Below are positions 13,164 through 26,329 of a DNA stretch of 64,000 nucleotides, piece by piece. The position numbers were made by a program, and so were the translations under genes. The stretch covers positions 1,495,498 through 1,559,497 of the forward strand of contig NW_003314292.1 in assembly GCF_000143415.4 (NCBI RefSeq), written 5' to 3'. A model generated the notes under the pieces. That model was not told the DNA's origin and did no database searches. It was given only the letters and a program-made list of their open reading frames with translations. The stretch's first letter is position 1, and each line of letters opens with the position of its first letter. Origin of the DNA: Selaginella moellendorffii. Taxonomy: Eukaryota; Plantae; Lycopodiophyta.

Positions 13164-14186
13164 ATGGCAACCATGGCGACAATGCAGGGAGCCTTCGGTT
13201 CATTGAAGGAGATTGGTGACATTGTGGCGAATTTTGATTTCAGCAAGGTAAAGTTGAACCTGTCTTGCCCAAAGCAGTGCTTAACTCCTTGTGGAATGCT
13301 CCAGATTGATGTGCGTTCCAAGACTGCTGAGGATTACCTCCACACCAACCTGGCACCATCGTTTGGGGGATTGAATGCAGAAACAGTGAAGAAGATGGAT
13401 GAGGTTCTCAAAGTTTGCATCTCGGGAACCACAGACCTTATAGCCAAAGTGGCACCGAAAGAGCGAACTTGGGAGAAGGTCAACTCCATGTTCATGCAAA
13501 ATCCCCTGGTTGAGCCAATGGGCGATGGGATTAGCAGAGCTGACAAGTTTCTCAACAAAAGCTCTAGCGATTTCAAGATTGACGGGTCACCGGACCCAGC
13601 TATTGTGAAAGCGGTAATAGAGTCATGTATTGTGGAAGAGCTCTATTAACCTTTGCGGCCTTCTCTCGTCACAGGTTCAGGTCTGGTTTGTGAATCTCAT
13701 CGCAGATGAGGACGTCCTGAAATCAACCAAGATCGACATTGAAGTTCTTGGGCGCATTGTTGCTCAGTCAGGGGCGACCATTACCAGCTTTGAAAATTTC
13801 TTTGCCAAGCATGAGCACCACGAGAAGACCATAATTGACATCGGGGTCTTAAGGTACCCTGATATGCAAAACCCGTACTTCAAGGTTTGTGCCCAGGCTG
13901 CCCTTTGTATTTCAGTCACAGCTCATGTTTTTGAGTACAGGTGTACCGCATCAAACTCTTTGCTTGGTCTGATAGCAACCGTATTGTGTTCCATCAGGAG
14001 GATTCCAATGGCATCACTGGAGGTGAGGTGTCTAATGTAAACCACTGAAAACTGCACGGTCCTTTTGTTCTATTTGCAGAGTTCACCTTCCGTAAGTTTA
14101 AGCCGCGCAAGGAGCTCATTGACAAGATGAACCCAGACGCCAAAAAGAAGGCTGTGGAAGCTGCAGATAACATCTTTGGTTTCTAA
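13164..14186 (+). CDS. Gene X copy 2, uncharacterised 263-aa protein, 5 exons (13164-13247, 13305-13613, 13675-13884, 13941-14022, 14080-14186)
   Basis: GT-AG introns, open frame: MATMATMQGAFGSLKEIGDIVANFDFSK-IDVRSK..DGSPDPAIVKA-VQVWFVNLIADEDVLKSTKIDIEVLGRIVAQSGATITSFENFFAKHEHHEKTIIDIGVLRYPDMQNPYFK-VYRIKLFAWSDSNRIVFHQEDSNGITG-EFTFRKFKPRKELIDKMNPDAKKKAVEAADNIFGF. Confidence 0.87.
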
Positions 14187-15239
14187 TATCTAAATTGAGC
14201 CAAGATGCCTCAAGCTTTCTAAATACATGACCTACTTGAAAATAACAGCTATCTATTGTCTTTATATTTTTTAGGGAAACAAAGACTTCATAGACAATAA
14301 AAGTAATAAATATCTAAAACCTAGATGCTTTGGATTCCAAGTACTTTTGTCAATGACTGGAACATTGAAAGGTGATGATAAGTTTATCTATATACTGTTT
14401 ATAGTCTTGTGGTATTCTTTTGTGATATATTAATAAAACGAAACAGGACAGTATGCCATGTGGAGATCATTATCATTGTCTTGTTGGTCTTTGTAGATTC
14501 TTCGCACTCAAGGTTAGCCAGGGACACGCTCAATCAGCTCTAAGCCGAGTTGATGGCTTAGTCGTGCGGCTGTGAGTGCCATTTGGCTCTCCATCTTGCC
14601 GGATTTTCCCATCCTGTCGCTTTGATGCAAACGACCCTAGGAACACTGTCGCAATAATATTGTAGAGGAACAAGGTCTCTCAGACAAGGGAATATCTAAA
14701 TGGATTTTGACAAGGAACAGAACTTCGAGAATAGGACTGTAGAGAATGCTACTGGGCGTTTTTATTGTAAACGGCTTGGCACAGCGCAGCCAGTGCTGAT
14801 GGAACAAGGCAAAGGGAGGCCCTCAAAACCGTCGAGTTTTACCTCCTTCTGTAACTCGCGAACTTTGTCGAGCACCTTTGGCAAATGCTTACATACTGAT
14901 CAGTAGGCGTGACATCTCCTGCTATAGGGTCTAGTTTTTAGGATCCTAGAAATCTACTCCGGGAGACGTTAATACAGTTGTAAGTTTTTTAAATTAGTTG
15001 TTCCCTGAAATCTAATAAGCTAAATGTGCGAATCTTTCCAAAACAGCAACTTCACTTTTTTCTTTTCTTTGTTTCTTGTCCAGCTGAGAACATAGGTTTG
15101 TCTACAAGCATGAGTTTCTAAATGAATAGTCCTGCGTTCTGACATGGTTGAATTATACTTGCTCATATTTACATTAAGAAAATAGTTTGACCATGACCTT
15201 CTTAAAAGTCAATATTAGTCACATGGATTACATAATCAA

Positions 15240-16790
15240 TACACTCTCGCTGCAAGGTGGTCCCTTCGTACTCGGTGCTCGCTCCCTCCTCACCTGCCAA
15301 ATACCTCCCAACCTCAAGGCTGCTGCCAAACTCGTTGCGGGAGAACGCAATAACAGCTCTCCATGCTAGGCACTGGCCACGCCTTCTGAAGATCAGCCAA
15401 GCCTCGCCACAACTCATATTGCAGTGGAGTAGAAGATGGAGGATGTTTCTGTCCTGCGTCGATACAAGTCGGGTTCTCCACGCATTAAGCTGGACCATCT
15501 TCCCTGGGCTCTGGGTGTACATCCTTCCGCCCTACGTCGAGGAAAGGAAAGACAAGCTTGATCTTGTCTCCAGCCTTGTAAATCTTGGTGGAGGGAACAT
15601 CTTCCGTACAAGCTCGCCCGCCTTGTTGCCCTGCTGACGGGGACGGCCAGCCAGCAGGCCCTCGTGATTTCTTCTTGATCAGAATGAGCATTGATATCTC
15701 TTCCAGGCACCGAGGAGATCCTGAAAGCCTGCTCGCTGTATATCGTCTGGGCCCGACGACGACGTGAAAGCTTTTCTATCCGACTTCGACGTCTCGACGT
15801 CGTGTTCCCCCTCCTTCCTCCATGGATGAGTTCTTCGATGTCACGAATGAGGATCGGCGGTTTTCCACTTGCTTGGTTCCTTGGTGGCTGGGGAGGAGTA
15901 CTCCGACGCGATGGCAATGCAGTTCCAGCGAATCTGGGTGACTGACGTGCTGGATGTGACTAAACACGTACCTCTCAAGCTCTACTTCTTGTTGCTGTGA
16001 ATGGATGCGAGCGTGGCCGTGAGTGATGAACAAGCTCGCACCGATTCCGTACTGACTAGATCCTCCGCTTGATACGTTTGTTCTCCATGGTCACTGGGAA
16101 ATCAAGCTCACGCTCGAGGGCGCTGTGAAGAGAATTGTAGACTTCGAAGCGTATTCTTCCGAGCACGAGGTCTGTCTTTCCGGTCTCGAGGCCGCTTACA
16201 TTGCTGCCATAGAAGGTGTCGGACATATGATCAGTAGCGTGTTTGGGCTTACACTTGAGTCCAAGGAGGTAGAACTCATGTGCGAGGTGATTCTCACTGC
16301 CATCCCGAAGCACACGTAGGTTCTGATATCTCGGAATCATCAGAACGATCTTCTTCATCAGACAGTAGCAGCGGCAGTGGCGGCAGGAGGAGAAAGAGAG
16401 CGAAAGAGCACGGAAGTGATCAAGGCGATGAAGGCGGTCTACAACGTGGAAACTCTACTGCTCTGTGAGAAGAAATACCCCGACAACGAGGAGGACATGC
16501 GCGACATGGCGTATGGAGTTTTGCGAGGATTGAAAGCTTTGCACGAAGCTGGTAAGCATTCTTAATTTTCTTTTCTTCTAGTGTCTGTCTCATCCTTGTT
16601 TGTAAACTTCCAGGCTTGGTGCACAAGATCATGTATGACTACTCAAAAGAGAAGTACGTGCTGATCGATCTGGAGAGCGTCAGCAAGAATGAAGAAGTGC
16701 CAGCGTTTCGATTTAAAGGCTGGATCGCGGAGGCCGACTGGCGCTACACGACTTAATCCGACTTCCATCAGCTCTAGTCTGCAGAAGTCA
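15240..16790. pseudogene. Gene Y(-) and CRN-like(+) remnants (unit 3)
   Basis: Copy of 1070-3120 with additional deletions. Confidence 0.6.
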
Positions 16791-16978
16791 CCAAAGAGCA
16801 AGGACTGTTCTTTGGTTTGAGCAGACCACCTAAAGGCTTTTCCAAGTAAAGTTACTTTAGAGTTTAGGGCTGGCTGAGTTTAAAGTTACTTTAAAGTTAC
16901 TTTAGAGTTTAGATTATGCCTATCCAAACTCACGACAGATTTGTTCTTCCTCCTTGGAAATGCACGGGGACGAGGAGG

Positions 16979-17625
16979 ATGAGTGATCCCGGGGCGTCGG
17001 GCTACGTCGTGCTGCTGCGGCAATGCATCGCGGGCAGGGATCTGGAGGGCGGCCGGCGATTGCACGTGCAGATCATCCGCTCGGGCTGGCACACCGATCT
17101 CGTCGTCGCCAGCCGTCTGTAACTTCTTCACCATCAACATCACCATCGCCGTGCTTGCCCAGAACCGGCTGCTTCCGCAACACGTGACCCCTGTTCATGG
17201 AATCCCACCGCCGAGACGTCGTTGTTAGGCACCAGGTCAGGATAATAGGATAAAGAAAGGGCCCTGCAATCAAGTGATCACCCCTTTAGCCAGTTGGTTT
17301 AGGGTGTAAGGGATAGGATCCTAACATTGGTATCGGAGCCCAGTTTGATTCTTGTGGCTGACGAGTGGGGCAAAAATATTTTGAAGGAATATTCAATATG
17401 GTGGATCTAGAGGGAGAACTAAGGTTTGGTAGACCCTAAGAGAAGGACCATGGTGACCCGATGGTGGCCTAAGTATGATCGTGAACGATCATTCCCTGAC
17501 GAGGGGAAGGATTGTTAGGCACCAGGTCAGGATAATAGGATAAAGAAAAGGCCCTGCAATCAAGTGATCACCCCTTTAGCCAGTTGGCTTAGGGTGTAAG
17601 GGATAAGATCCTAACAGTCGTCACC
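16979..17625 (+). pseudogene. PPR 5' fragment interrupted by TRIM
   Basis: MSDPGASGYVVLLRQC.. start; interrupted at cgacgtcgt and then joined to LIMR. Confidence 0.8.
17223..17616 (+). mobile_element. TRIM (terminal-repeat retrotransposon in miniature), 394 bp
   Basis: Two 104-bp TG..CA LTRs (17223-17326, 17513-17616; 3 differences), PBS tggtatcggagc (tRNA-iMet type), PPT gaggggaagga, 5-bp TSD gtcgt, no internal ORF. Confidence 0.95.
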
Positions 17626-17629
17626 TTGT

Positions 17630-18684
17630 TCACCTTGTTGAACATAGAAGGATAATGGCCATGTTGAAAAGAAACGAGTTCATGAGCGTGCCTTGGTATA
17701 GTTTCATAGAAAAAACATTTTTTTTAATAAAAAAAGTGCTTACTTCATTGGATAAATGGAATGCATCTCTCCAGATATGACAGACATGACGAGGTAGTAG
17801 CAAAATATTGCAAACGCAGTGGTTCCTAGCAAGCCTGAAAGGAAGGAACCAAATCAGATTTAGAGATCGCATCGACAGCAAGTACCCCAAGCACTGTCGA
17901 GCTGAATAAAGACTTGGTTCAGAAACGGAAAAGCTGGAGGATTGACTAGCATGAAAACAATGATGTGGAGAAGCCAAATTACAGACAAAGCCAAGCTGCA
18001 ACAAGAAAAACAAAAGAAAAAGTGAATATCTTTGTCAAGCCTTTGGAGTCTATTTCTTACCCGAGAATGCCAAAAACAAGCTTGGCTAAGTAGAAAAGAA
18101 CTGTAAGAGCCCAGGATGTGTCTGCCTGAGAGAAAATCCAGCAATGAAATAACTTAAATGGGAAACTAGAGATACCTTCTCTCCCTGTGGGAATGCCTCA
18201 TTCAGAGCTTGAACATCATCTTCCAAAAAGACAAGCTCCTGAATCGAGCTACACATATGCATTTGTCAACACGATCACGTCCACCATTGTTGTTTTTTAT
18301 TATTTTTATTATTTCCTCTGTGCCCAGCGGACCTGATCTGCTGGACTTTCTTCACATTTTTCTGAAACTTTCGTCCTTTCTTCCAACCTCTTTCTTCGCG
18401 TTGGAGACCCAAGCTCGTTGGAGCGCTTGGCTAAGTCAGTCACCTCTTGCCAAGCCATCACCTTGAAGAGATTAGTTGCAAGAAACGTAAAAAGAATTGA
18501 AGCACACACCTTTACGTATTGAGCACGAGTAATAACACACTTGGGCCTATTCTTGAACGCAAATATGAGGCTCAGTGGTAATGTTGCCATTCCAACACCT
18601 CCAAACATCTGCAGGAAGAAAACAAAACATAAAACGACATTACCATGAAGAGTATTGATCCTATTATTGTGTTTAATGCGATCA
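17630..18684 (-). pseudogene. LIMR fragment (unit 3)
   Basis: Copy of 4681-5785, including [24 protein letters not shown]. Confidence 0.75.
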
Positions 18685-20560
18685 CCGGCAGGTTTCTTTC
18701 TCCATGCAGTTTTGTTGACTTGCGTTAACTTCCAGATGCTTTTTTATGTCTTGGCAGACTGAAATGGCCTTGTAGAAGCAGTGACACTGCTCATTATGCA
18801 AATGCCGCGGCTGCGCCCGAGGCTCCCTGATGGAAGTCCTGGTGTTGCTATAGGTTTTAAGCCTGACTTTTCTAAGGTTTGATGTGGTTGCAGCAAAGTT
18901 TTTAGTTTCTCAGATTTTATTACATGCAGGTGAGGGAAAAATTGGCGAAGTCAGGTTTCCAAGCTTGAAAATAGTGTGTTTTGGGCGGAATGCAACCACC
19001 GTGGGACGCTTCTTGGTCTTAAGAAGCTAATACAGGTGCTATTGGGAAACGTTGATGTTCTACAGCTCTCTACGTTTCACTGGATGGAGCTGCTGGTGGC
19101 GCATTTCCTACATCTGATACCTTTTTCTTTGGTATGTATGAACTGTGTAGTGTGCTAAGTTCACTTGCAATTATCGGGTGCAGGTCTTAGATGGAATGCG
19201 TAGCATAGCTTCCAAGTGCAAAGGATTGAAAAGTTCTGGGGACGAAGACCTTCAAGAACTTTTATCTGCAATTATCAGCAACGACACCGAGGCAAATGCT
19301 CTTCCCTCACAGTGGTAAGAACTTCTCATGTCAAATATTTATATAAATTTTCTATCAGGATGATGGCGCATGTTGATGATCTCCTGATAGCAAAAGGGGA
19401 GGACGTTCGATCTCTTCTTGAAGAAGGCAGGCAAACTCTAGGCGGCTTGAGCTTGAAAGAACTCCATCGTTTGGTTTATTCTCAAGTACTGTCCTCCTTC
19501 TTAACAATTGTCTCAGCTAGCACCTGTTTACCTCGCGGCTTGCCCAGAGCAAGGCCTGGGAATGCTTGAAGCTCTCCTAATGAAGCAGAGATGTTCCAAT
19601 CAGAAACTGGCATTGACGGTTGGTCTTGGTGTGACGTTTTCTTGAATCTCAATGTGAATTTTGTGCAACAGGCACTAGAGATATGCCGCCTCTATGAACT
19701 TGATACCGTGAGCACAGCCATCGCCAGGAGTATCCTCTTCCTTTCCAGGCTTGGGGTTCTCACCTGTGTTTTATGTCTTCCAGGCTGTTGGTGTTCATAG
19801 TTTAAAGCATGGAAAGAAGGGCCAAGGGATAATGTGGCTTCAATTGGCCCGAGACGAGCAGAGGCTTTCTACTCTTGCGGATCAGATTTTGGACACAATA
19901 ACGTCTGGTGAAGCTGATAATCTGGATAATCTCGAGGTAGCAGTCTTACGTTTTATTTGATACACGCACACTTTTAACGCTCTTTTCCCATGCCAGCATT
20001 TTGAGGGTCTCTGTGACATCCTTGGCTCGGGAGCAACGAAGCATCAAGGCCTGTCGTTCTTAGCAAGGTACTCACTTTATACAGTTGCGAAACTATCCGG
20101 AGCTAACGTCTAACTTGACGCAGGTACAAGAACTTCAAGGCAGCATTGCAAAACATTAGAGATCTGCGTCGTAGGGAGGCTTCCTACACCGAGAACCTCG
20201 CTGCGCTTGACAGAGCAGCGGTGACTTCTCTTCTCCAGGTTACCAATCCGTTCCTTCTTCTTCCTCGCTAAAACCCTGGCTTGCAGCTTCTAAAATCTGG
20301 AACCTTTCCACGTAAATTCTGGCTGTCCTTGCTCCAAGAATCGGTATGGAGCTGTTTCTCGCATCTCGTTTACACTCTAAACTTCCGATCGATCAGCCGG
20401 AGCAAGTGCTGGTTAGCGAGTCCGAAACAAACACTCTACTCTGCTGCCAGGAACTCTTCCTCGCCAGGGACCGGCTAGAGAACGACATCCTAAGCACCGC
20501 AGAGCCTGGCGCTGTGGATCGCGCTGGCATCCGACTTGGGCCGTGCCATCTTGCAAAGCT
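18680..20560 (+). pseudogene. NUP85: Nup85 3'-half pseudogene (unit 3)
   Basis: Exons encode RQTLGGLSLKELHRLVYSQVLS, ALEICRLYELDTVS, HGKKGQGIMWLQLARDEQRL, FPRKFWLSLLQES; 5' half absent. Confidence 0.78.
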
Positions 20561-20884
20561 GATCGTTTTTCTGTTGGAATTCTTCTTGGAGTGTAGCCTG
20601 AGTCTAATTAGCAAATAGTTTGACCGTAAAAGTCAATATTTAGTCAACATGGTCTTCAGTCATCGAAGATGTTAGCTTTTCATCAGCAATTAATCATGGC
20701 TACGTTGATTTGCTAGTCACCCTCAAAAACCAAGCACTACTGCAGCAACGTTGTCCCTTCATACTCTGCTGGGATCGGGAAACCAGATATGTGCAACACC
20801 TCCCTACACTAGAAGCATTTCAAGCTTAGTTCCATCCCAATTGGACAAGCCCAAACAAGCTTTTGCTACTCTAGCAAAGGAATG

Positions 20885-22913
20885 TCTCATTTAAGCCCAT
20901 GTAACATAACTATCTAGATCTGAACTAAATATTGTAGTAGACATTATGTTAAATTTAATGTCTACTATGTAGATTATAGGTCGATGACCATGTCATGGGC
21001 ATATTTATTTTCCTGCTTTAATTTGAAATTTTAGGACATTGGCTAAAAACTAAATGTCTCTGAAAATTTAATATATCTTGTAAGCTCATTAGGATAAAGT
21101 TTTGCAAGAACTGACTTCTACAATATAGAATGGTTATGATGGTGACAATCTAAATCTCCTACACTGTGATCACTAATAAGTTAGTTTTCCTTCAAAGGAT
21201 ATCAATCCAAGAAAAAATAAACATTGAATCTCTTGTCTTTAGGTTTTAATATACTTCTTTTTGGTATGGTTAAGATTGTTTAGCTTAGTGCATATTGTGA
21301 GGAACCCAAAAATTGCACATAAACAACTATGAAAATGTTGCTTATGCTATAGAAAAATCTTGATTGTTGAATTGCAAAAAGAAGCATCTAGTATGGAAAA
21401 AGTTAGATCTTCCACTTATGCAAGTTTGTTGCCCTTGTAAAATATTTTTCTTCTCAATAAATTTTATTTATAGATTGACAATCAAATTGAAAGTGAGATT
21501 GAAAATTTTCGGCCGAACAAGACCAGAGTGTTGAGCCAACCCAAAGTGTTGATCAAGAAGTGCTAGTATTGAAAATACTAGTAACATAAAACTTTTTCAA
21601 ATTTAAATAGCTTTGTTTCCTTTTTTCTTTTTAGCCAATCTAGATCTTATAGCCAAATCTTTTAGGATTCTTACACAAAACCAGAAAAGTATTGTTAGAC
21701 GTGAATCTACATGATACAAACAAGATCAATATGAAACTTAATATCTCTATCATATGTACTGAATGTCATCTTATGTTTTAACATAATGTCAATAGGTCAA
21801 GACCCTCTATTCTAAGTTTTTGCATTATGACTACTCAAGATGGGAAAATTTAAATTTTCTTCATAGATACTTGCATTGCCAATGTTATGGCAAAACAAAA
21901 AAACACCTCTTTACTTGTTTATGGATCTTGATATTAATGTATTTTCTTATAATTCAGGAAGAAAATGGTGGATATAGGAGTTTCACGTGATGTGGCAACA
22001 TCACTAATAGCAATATGTGACAAATATTGTGTTACTTTGACATCCACAAATAGAAAGATCTATTGGAAACACAAAGTGTTATATAACACTTATGTTTACA
22101 GAAGATAGCATATTTCAAAACACTATCCAACATTGTCTAAGTGGAAAAGGAACATAAATGTATTATATATTGAATGTTGTTTCAAATATATTGTCATTGA
22201 ATATTTCTACTCTTGTGACGAAGAAAAAAACATTCTAAAATGTTATGATGAGGTTGAAAGAATATAAAGTTAGATTTTAGCAAAGCACATTGGTCATATT
22301 CTTGATTCACTACAAAATAAAGTACAAAATAAATGTACTCGCAAATGACATTAAATTTGTTTATGTTACTTAATGTCTTCAGTATTGACATTAAATTTTA
22401 CTTCTAGGTTAGTAAAATAACAATATATCACAGAGTTATATAGGAGGTGCAATACAAATTACATTGAGCACTTGCTATAAGTGGGTCGAGATGTGATGAG
22501 GCACATAACACTACTAGAAGAGCATAAATGTTGGAGGTTGTTTATGTATCCTAGGGAAGTAGAAACAATAGCAGCATTTATTGTTTATGGTGAAAAGTGG
22601 AATAATTGTGACTGAGAAAGTGTTGTTATAGAGATTTATGCTCTAGGTCAAGTGGATAAAGTGTTCTTGGCATTTTCATGCTCTTTATCCAAAGTTTGGT
22701 AAATGAAAAAGGGTTTCATTTTGGTCCTCCAAACATCTTAGATACGTGAAGTAGAAATGCATTAGACTTGGATGCATGGACACGAGGTATGGCATGGAAT
22801 GAGCAGGGGTGATGCATGGGTATGGCATAACTATATAAAGGGCATGGAATTAAAAGAATATTCTACTTCGGACATTTAATTCACCGTCTCAGGTTACATG
22901 GGCTTAGGTGGGA
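20885..22913. mobile_element. Degenerate AT-rich TIR element (putative DNA transposon), ~2.03 kb
   Basis: Left tctcatttaagcccatgtaac vs reverse complement of right gttacatgggcttaggtggga (tcccacctaagcccatgtaac), 18/21 match; the interior is absent from sister units at this site; no intact transposase ORF. Confidence 0.7.
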
Positions 22914-23574
22914 AGGTGGTCCTTGACAAGTGCGTGAAATGAGTGATTTCACCCTGTTGACGTCACGGCCCATTTCCTGAAACGCAGGGGGAACGGCTTG
23001 CCAGTCCTTTTCCTTCACCATCAATATTCCGATGTTTTTTAAGTTGAATGAACTCTCCGGGACGATGCTGTCAAAGCTTTTGTGACTTAGTGGACCTGTG
23101 GTTTTCCACAAGCGCTGGTTCCTTTGCGACGCGATGCCGTTCCAGCAACCAGCTGGGGCAAAGTCGTATACGCGTTTGGCAAGGAGAATCCGAAGTCTGA
23201 GCTCGCTGCAATCTACCAAGTGGAGTAACCAGAGAACTGTATCATGCCTTAAAAGCATATGCCTAAAGAATATGAAACGATACCTGATTTTTTTCAAAGT
23301 CATGGCTACTGCACCGAAGGATATCTGCACCGAACGCGTTTGGTGTAAACGCGTTTCCTGCACCGAACTCGTGTTCTGCACTAAACTAATTCATTAGAAC
23401 GCTCAATCCACCTAATCACGTTTTGCTTTTAGACCGGGTATACTGCATTTTTGGAGGTATATGTATGACAAAGTCATGCAGCACGTGCTGCGATGATACT
23501 TCATTTTGGTATAAACATCTTTTCTGCAATAAACTAACTCATTTACCCCATTATAGAAATTGAGTCTTCTTCTG

Positions 23575-24608
23575 ATGTACAAAGTGCCACCGAAAGAGCG
23601 AACTTGGGAGAAGGTCAACTCCGTGTTCATGCAAGATCCCCTGGTTGAGCCAATGGGCGATGGGGTTAGCAGAGCTGACAAGTTTCTGAACAAAAGCTCT
23701 AACGACTTCAAGTTTGACGGGTCACCGGATGCAGCTATTGTGAAAGCGATACTAGAAGTTATGTATTATAGAAGAGCTCTATTAACCTTTGCGGCCTTCT
23801 CTCGTCACAGGTTCAGACCTGGTTTGTGAATTACATTGCAGATGAGGACGCGCTGAAGTCAACCAAGATCGACATTGAAGTTCGTTCGCGCATTGTTGCT
23901 CAGTCAGGGGCGACCATTAACAGCTTTGAAGCTTTCTTTGCCAAGCATGAGCATCACGAGAAGACCATAATTGACATGGTACCCTGATATGCAAAACCCG
24001 TACTACAAGGTTTGTGCCGCCCTTTCAGTCACAGCTCATGTATTTGAGTACAGGTGTACCGCATCAAACTCTTTGCTTGGTCTGATAGCAACCGTATTCT
24101 GTTCCATCAGGAGGATTCCAATGGCATCATTGGAGGTGAGGTGTCTAATGTAAACCACTGAAAACTGCACAGTCCTTTTGTTCTATTTGCAGAGTTCACC
24201 TTCCGTAAGTTTAAGCCACGCAAGGAGGTCATTGACAAGATGAACCCAGACGCCTATAAGAACGCTGTGGAAGCTGCAAATAACATCTTTGGTGTCATTG
24301 ACAAGATGAACCCAGACGCCAAAAAGAAGGCTGTGGAAGCTGCAAATAACATCTTTGGTGTCATTGACAAGATGAACCCAGACGCCAAAAAGAAGGCTGT
24401 GGAAGCTGCAGATAACATCTTTGGTGTCATTGACAAGATGAACCCAGACGCCAAAAAGAAGGCTGTGGAAGCTGCAGATAACATCTTTGGTGTCATTGAC
24501 AAGATGAACCCAGACGCCAAAAAGAAGGCTGTGGAAGATGCAGCTATCATCTTTGGTTTGCAATCAGGCTATGTCAATCGAGCCAAGATGCCCCGTGCTT
24601 CAATGTAA
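23575..24608 (+). pseudogene. Gene X copy 3 (5'-truncated, frameshifted, C-terminal repeat expansion)
   Basis: Exon 1 and the start of exon 2 are deleted; 11-nt deletion at attgacat|ggtaccct in exon 3; 5 x 66-bp repeat in last exon. Confidence 0.8.
24228..24557 (+). repeat. 5 x 66-bp in-frame tandem repeat (VIDKMNPDAKKKAVEAADNIFG)
   Basis: Units start at 24228, 24294, 24360, 24426, 24492; near-identical, no spacers. Confidence 0.97.
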
Positions 24609-25809
24609 AACATCTTTCTAAATAATAATCAAGCCATGTCCCCTCATGACTTTCATTTACTTGAAAATAACAGTCTTTATATTTTTTAATCTCAATTTCT
24701 GAAAGAGACGATCAGGGAAACGACTTCATAGACCTGGAATGACAAACTACAATGAAAGTAATGAATATCTAAAAGCTACATGCTTTGGATTCCAAGTACT
24801 TTTGTCAATGTAGCAAATCTTTGCCTTCCACTGGAACATTGAAAGGTGATGATAAGTTTATCTATCTATCTTTATACTGTTTATAGTCTTGTGGTGCCCA
24901 TCAAGAAGCATAAGTATTCTTTGTGATATATTAATAAAACGAACAGGACAGTTTGAGATCATTATCATTGTCTCGTTGGTCTCTGTAGATTCTTCGCGCT
25001 CAAGGTCACCACAAGTTAGCCAGGGACACGCTCAATCAGCTCTAAGCCGAGTTGATGGCTCGGCTGTGAGTGCCATTTGGCTCTCCATCTGGTGCCGGAT
25101 TTTCCCATCCTGTTGCTTTGATGCAAACGGTCGCAATAATATTGTAGAGCAACAAGGTCTCTCAGACAAGGTAATATCTAAATTGTCTTTGACAAGGAAC
25201 AAAACTTCGAGAATAGAACTTCAGAGAATGCCACTGGGAATTTTTGTTGTAAACGGCTTGGCACAGCGCATGATGGAACAAGGCAAAGGGAGGCCCTCAA
25301 AACCGTCGAGTTTTTCCTCCTGTAACTCACGAACTTTGTCACGAGCATATTGTAAGTTTTCTTTGGCAAATGCTTGCGTACTGATCAGTTGTTTCAGGCT
25401 ATTTCGGCAGCACATCACAGGTGTGACATCTCCTGCTATGATCCTAGAGATCTGCTCCGGGAGTAGATTTCTCGCTCGTTCAAGACGATCCAGATGTTAA
25501 GACAGTTGTAAATTTTTAGATTAATTGTTCCTAGTGTTCCCACTGTTTGGGTTTGAAATCTAGTAAGCTAAATGCGCAGGCCATGCATTTTGTACAATGT
25601 ATTCCAAAACAACAACTTCTCTTTTTTCTTTTCTTACTTTCTTGTCCAGCTGAGAACACAGGTTTGTCTAGCTCAAGCATGAGTTTCTGAATGAATATCT
25701 CTTGTGTTCTGACATGATTGAATTTATCCTGCTCGTATTTACGACCACAGTCTAAAGTTTAAACATTAAGCAAATAGTTTGACCATGAGTCACATTGGAA
25801 ATGTTCATT

Positions 25810-26328
25810 ACATAATCAATACACATGTACGGCTACATTGATTTTGTCACCAGCAAACACTTCTTCCTCTCGCAGCAAGGTGTGCCCGCTCCCTAGTCTC
25901 GGGCACCTCGCCTGCCAGGGACCGATCCAGGGGAAAATGGTATAAATGCCTCCCAATCTCAAGGCTGGTGCCAAACTCGTTGCGGGAGAACGCAATAACA
26001 GCTCTCCATGCTAGGCAGGAGCGTTCACTTCCACGGGCCACGCCTTCTGATAGCCAAGCCTCGCCACAACTCAGAAGATGGAGGGTGTTTCTGTCCTGTG
26101 TCGATACAAGTCGGGTTCCCCACGCATTAAGCTGGGAAAGCCTTAGATGCCATGTCTGCCACTATCTTCCTTGGGCTCTGGGTGTACATCCTTCCGTCCT
26201 ACGTTGAGGAAGGAAAGACAAGCTTGATCTTGTCTCCAGCCTTGTAAATCTTGGTGGAGGGAACATCTTCCCTCCGCCATGTTGCCCTGCTGACTGCTGA
26301 CGGGGGACGGCCATCCAACCACAGCCAG
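25810..26328 (-). pseudogene. Gene Y remnant (unit 4) truncated at Copia
   Basis: Copy of 1070-1515. Confidence 0.55.
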
Positions 26329-26329
26329 T

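Noticed and set aside
16845-16915. aaagttacttt / tttagggc repeats (also 47705-47765) as telomere or MITE
   Set aside because: Short local duplications with no sustained TTTAGGG tract, TIR or TSD.
24228-24557. 66-bp repeats as a CRISPR array
   Set aside because: No unique spacers, in-frame coding repeat, eukaryotic context, no cas genes.
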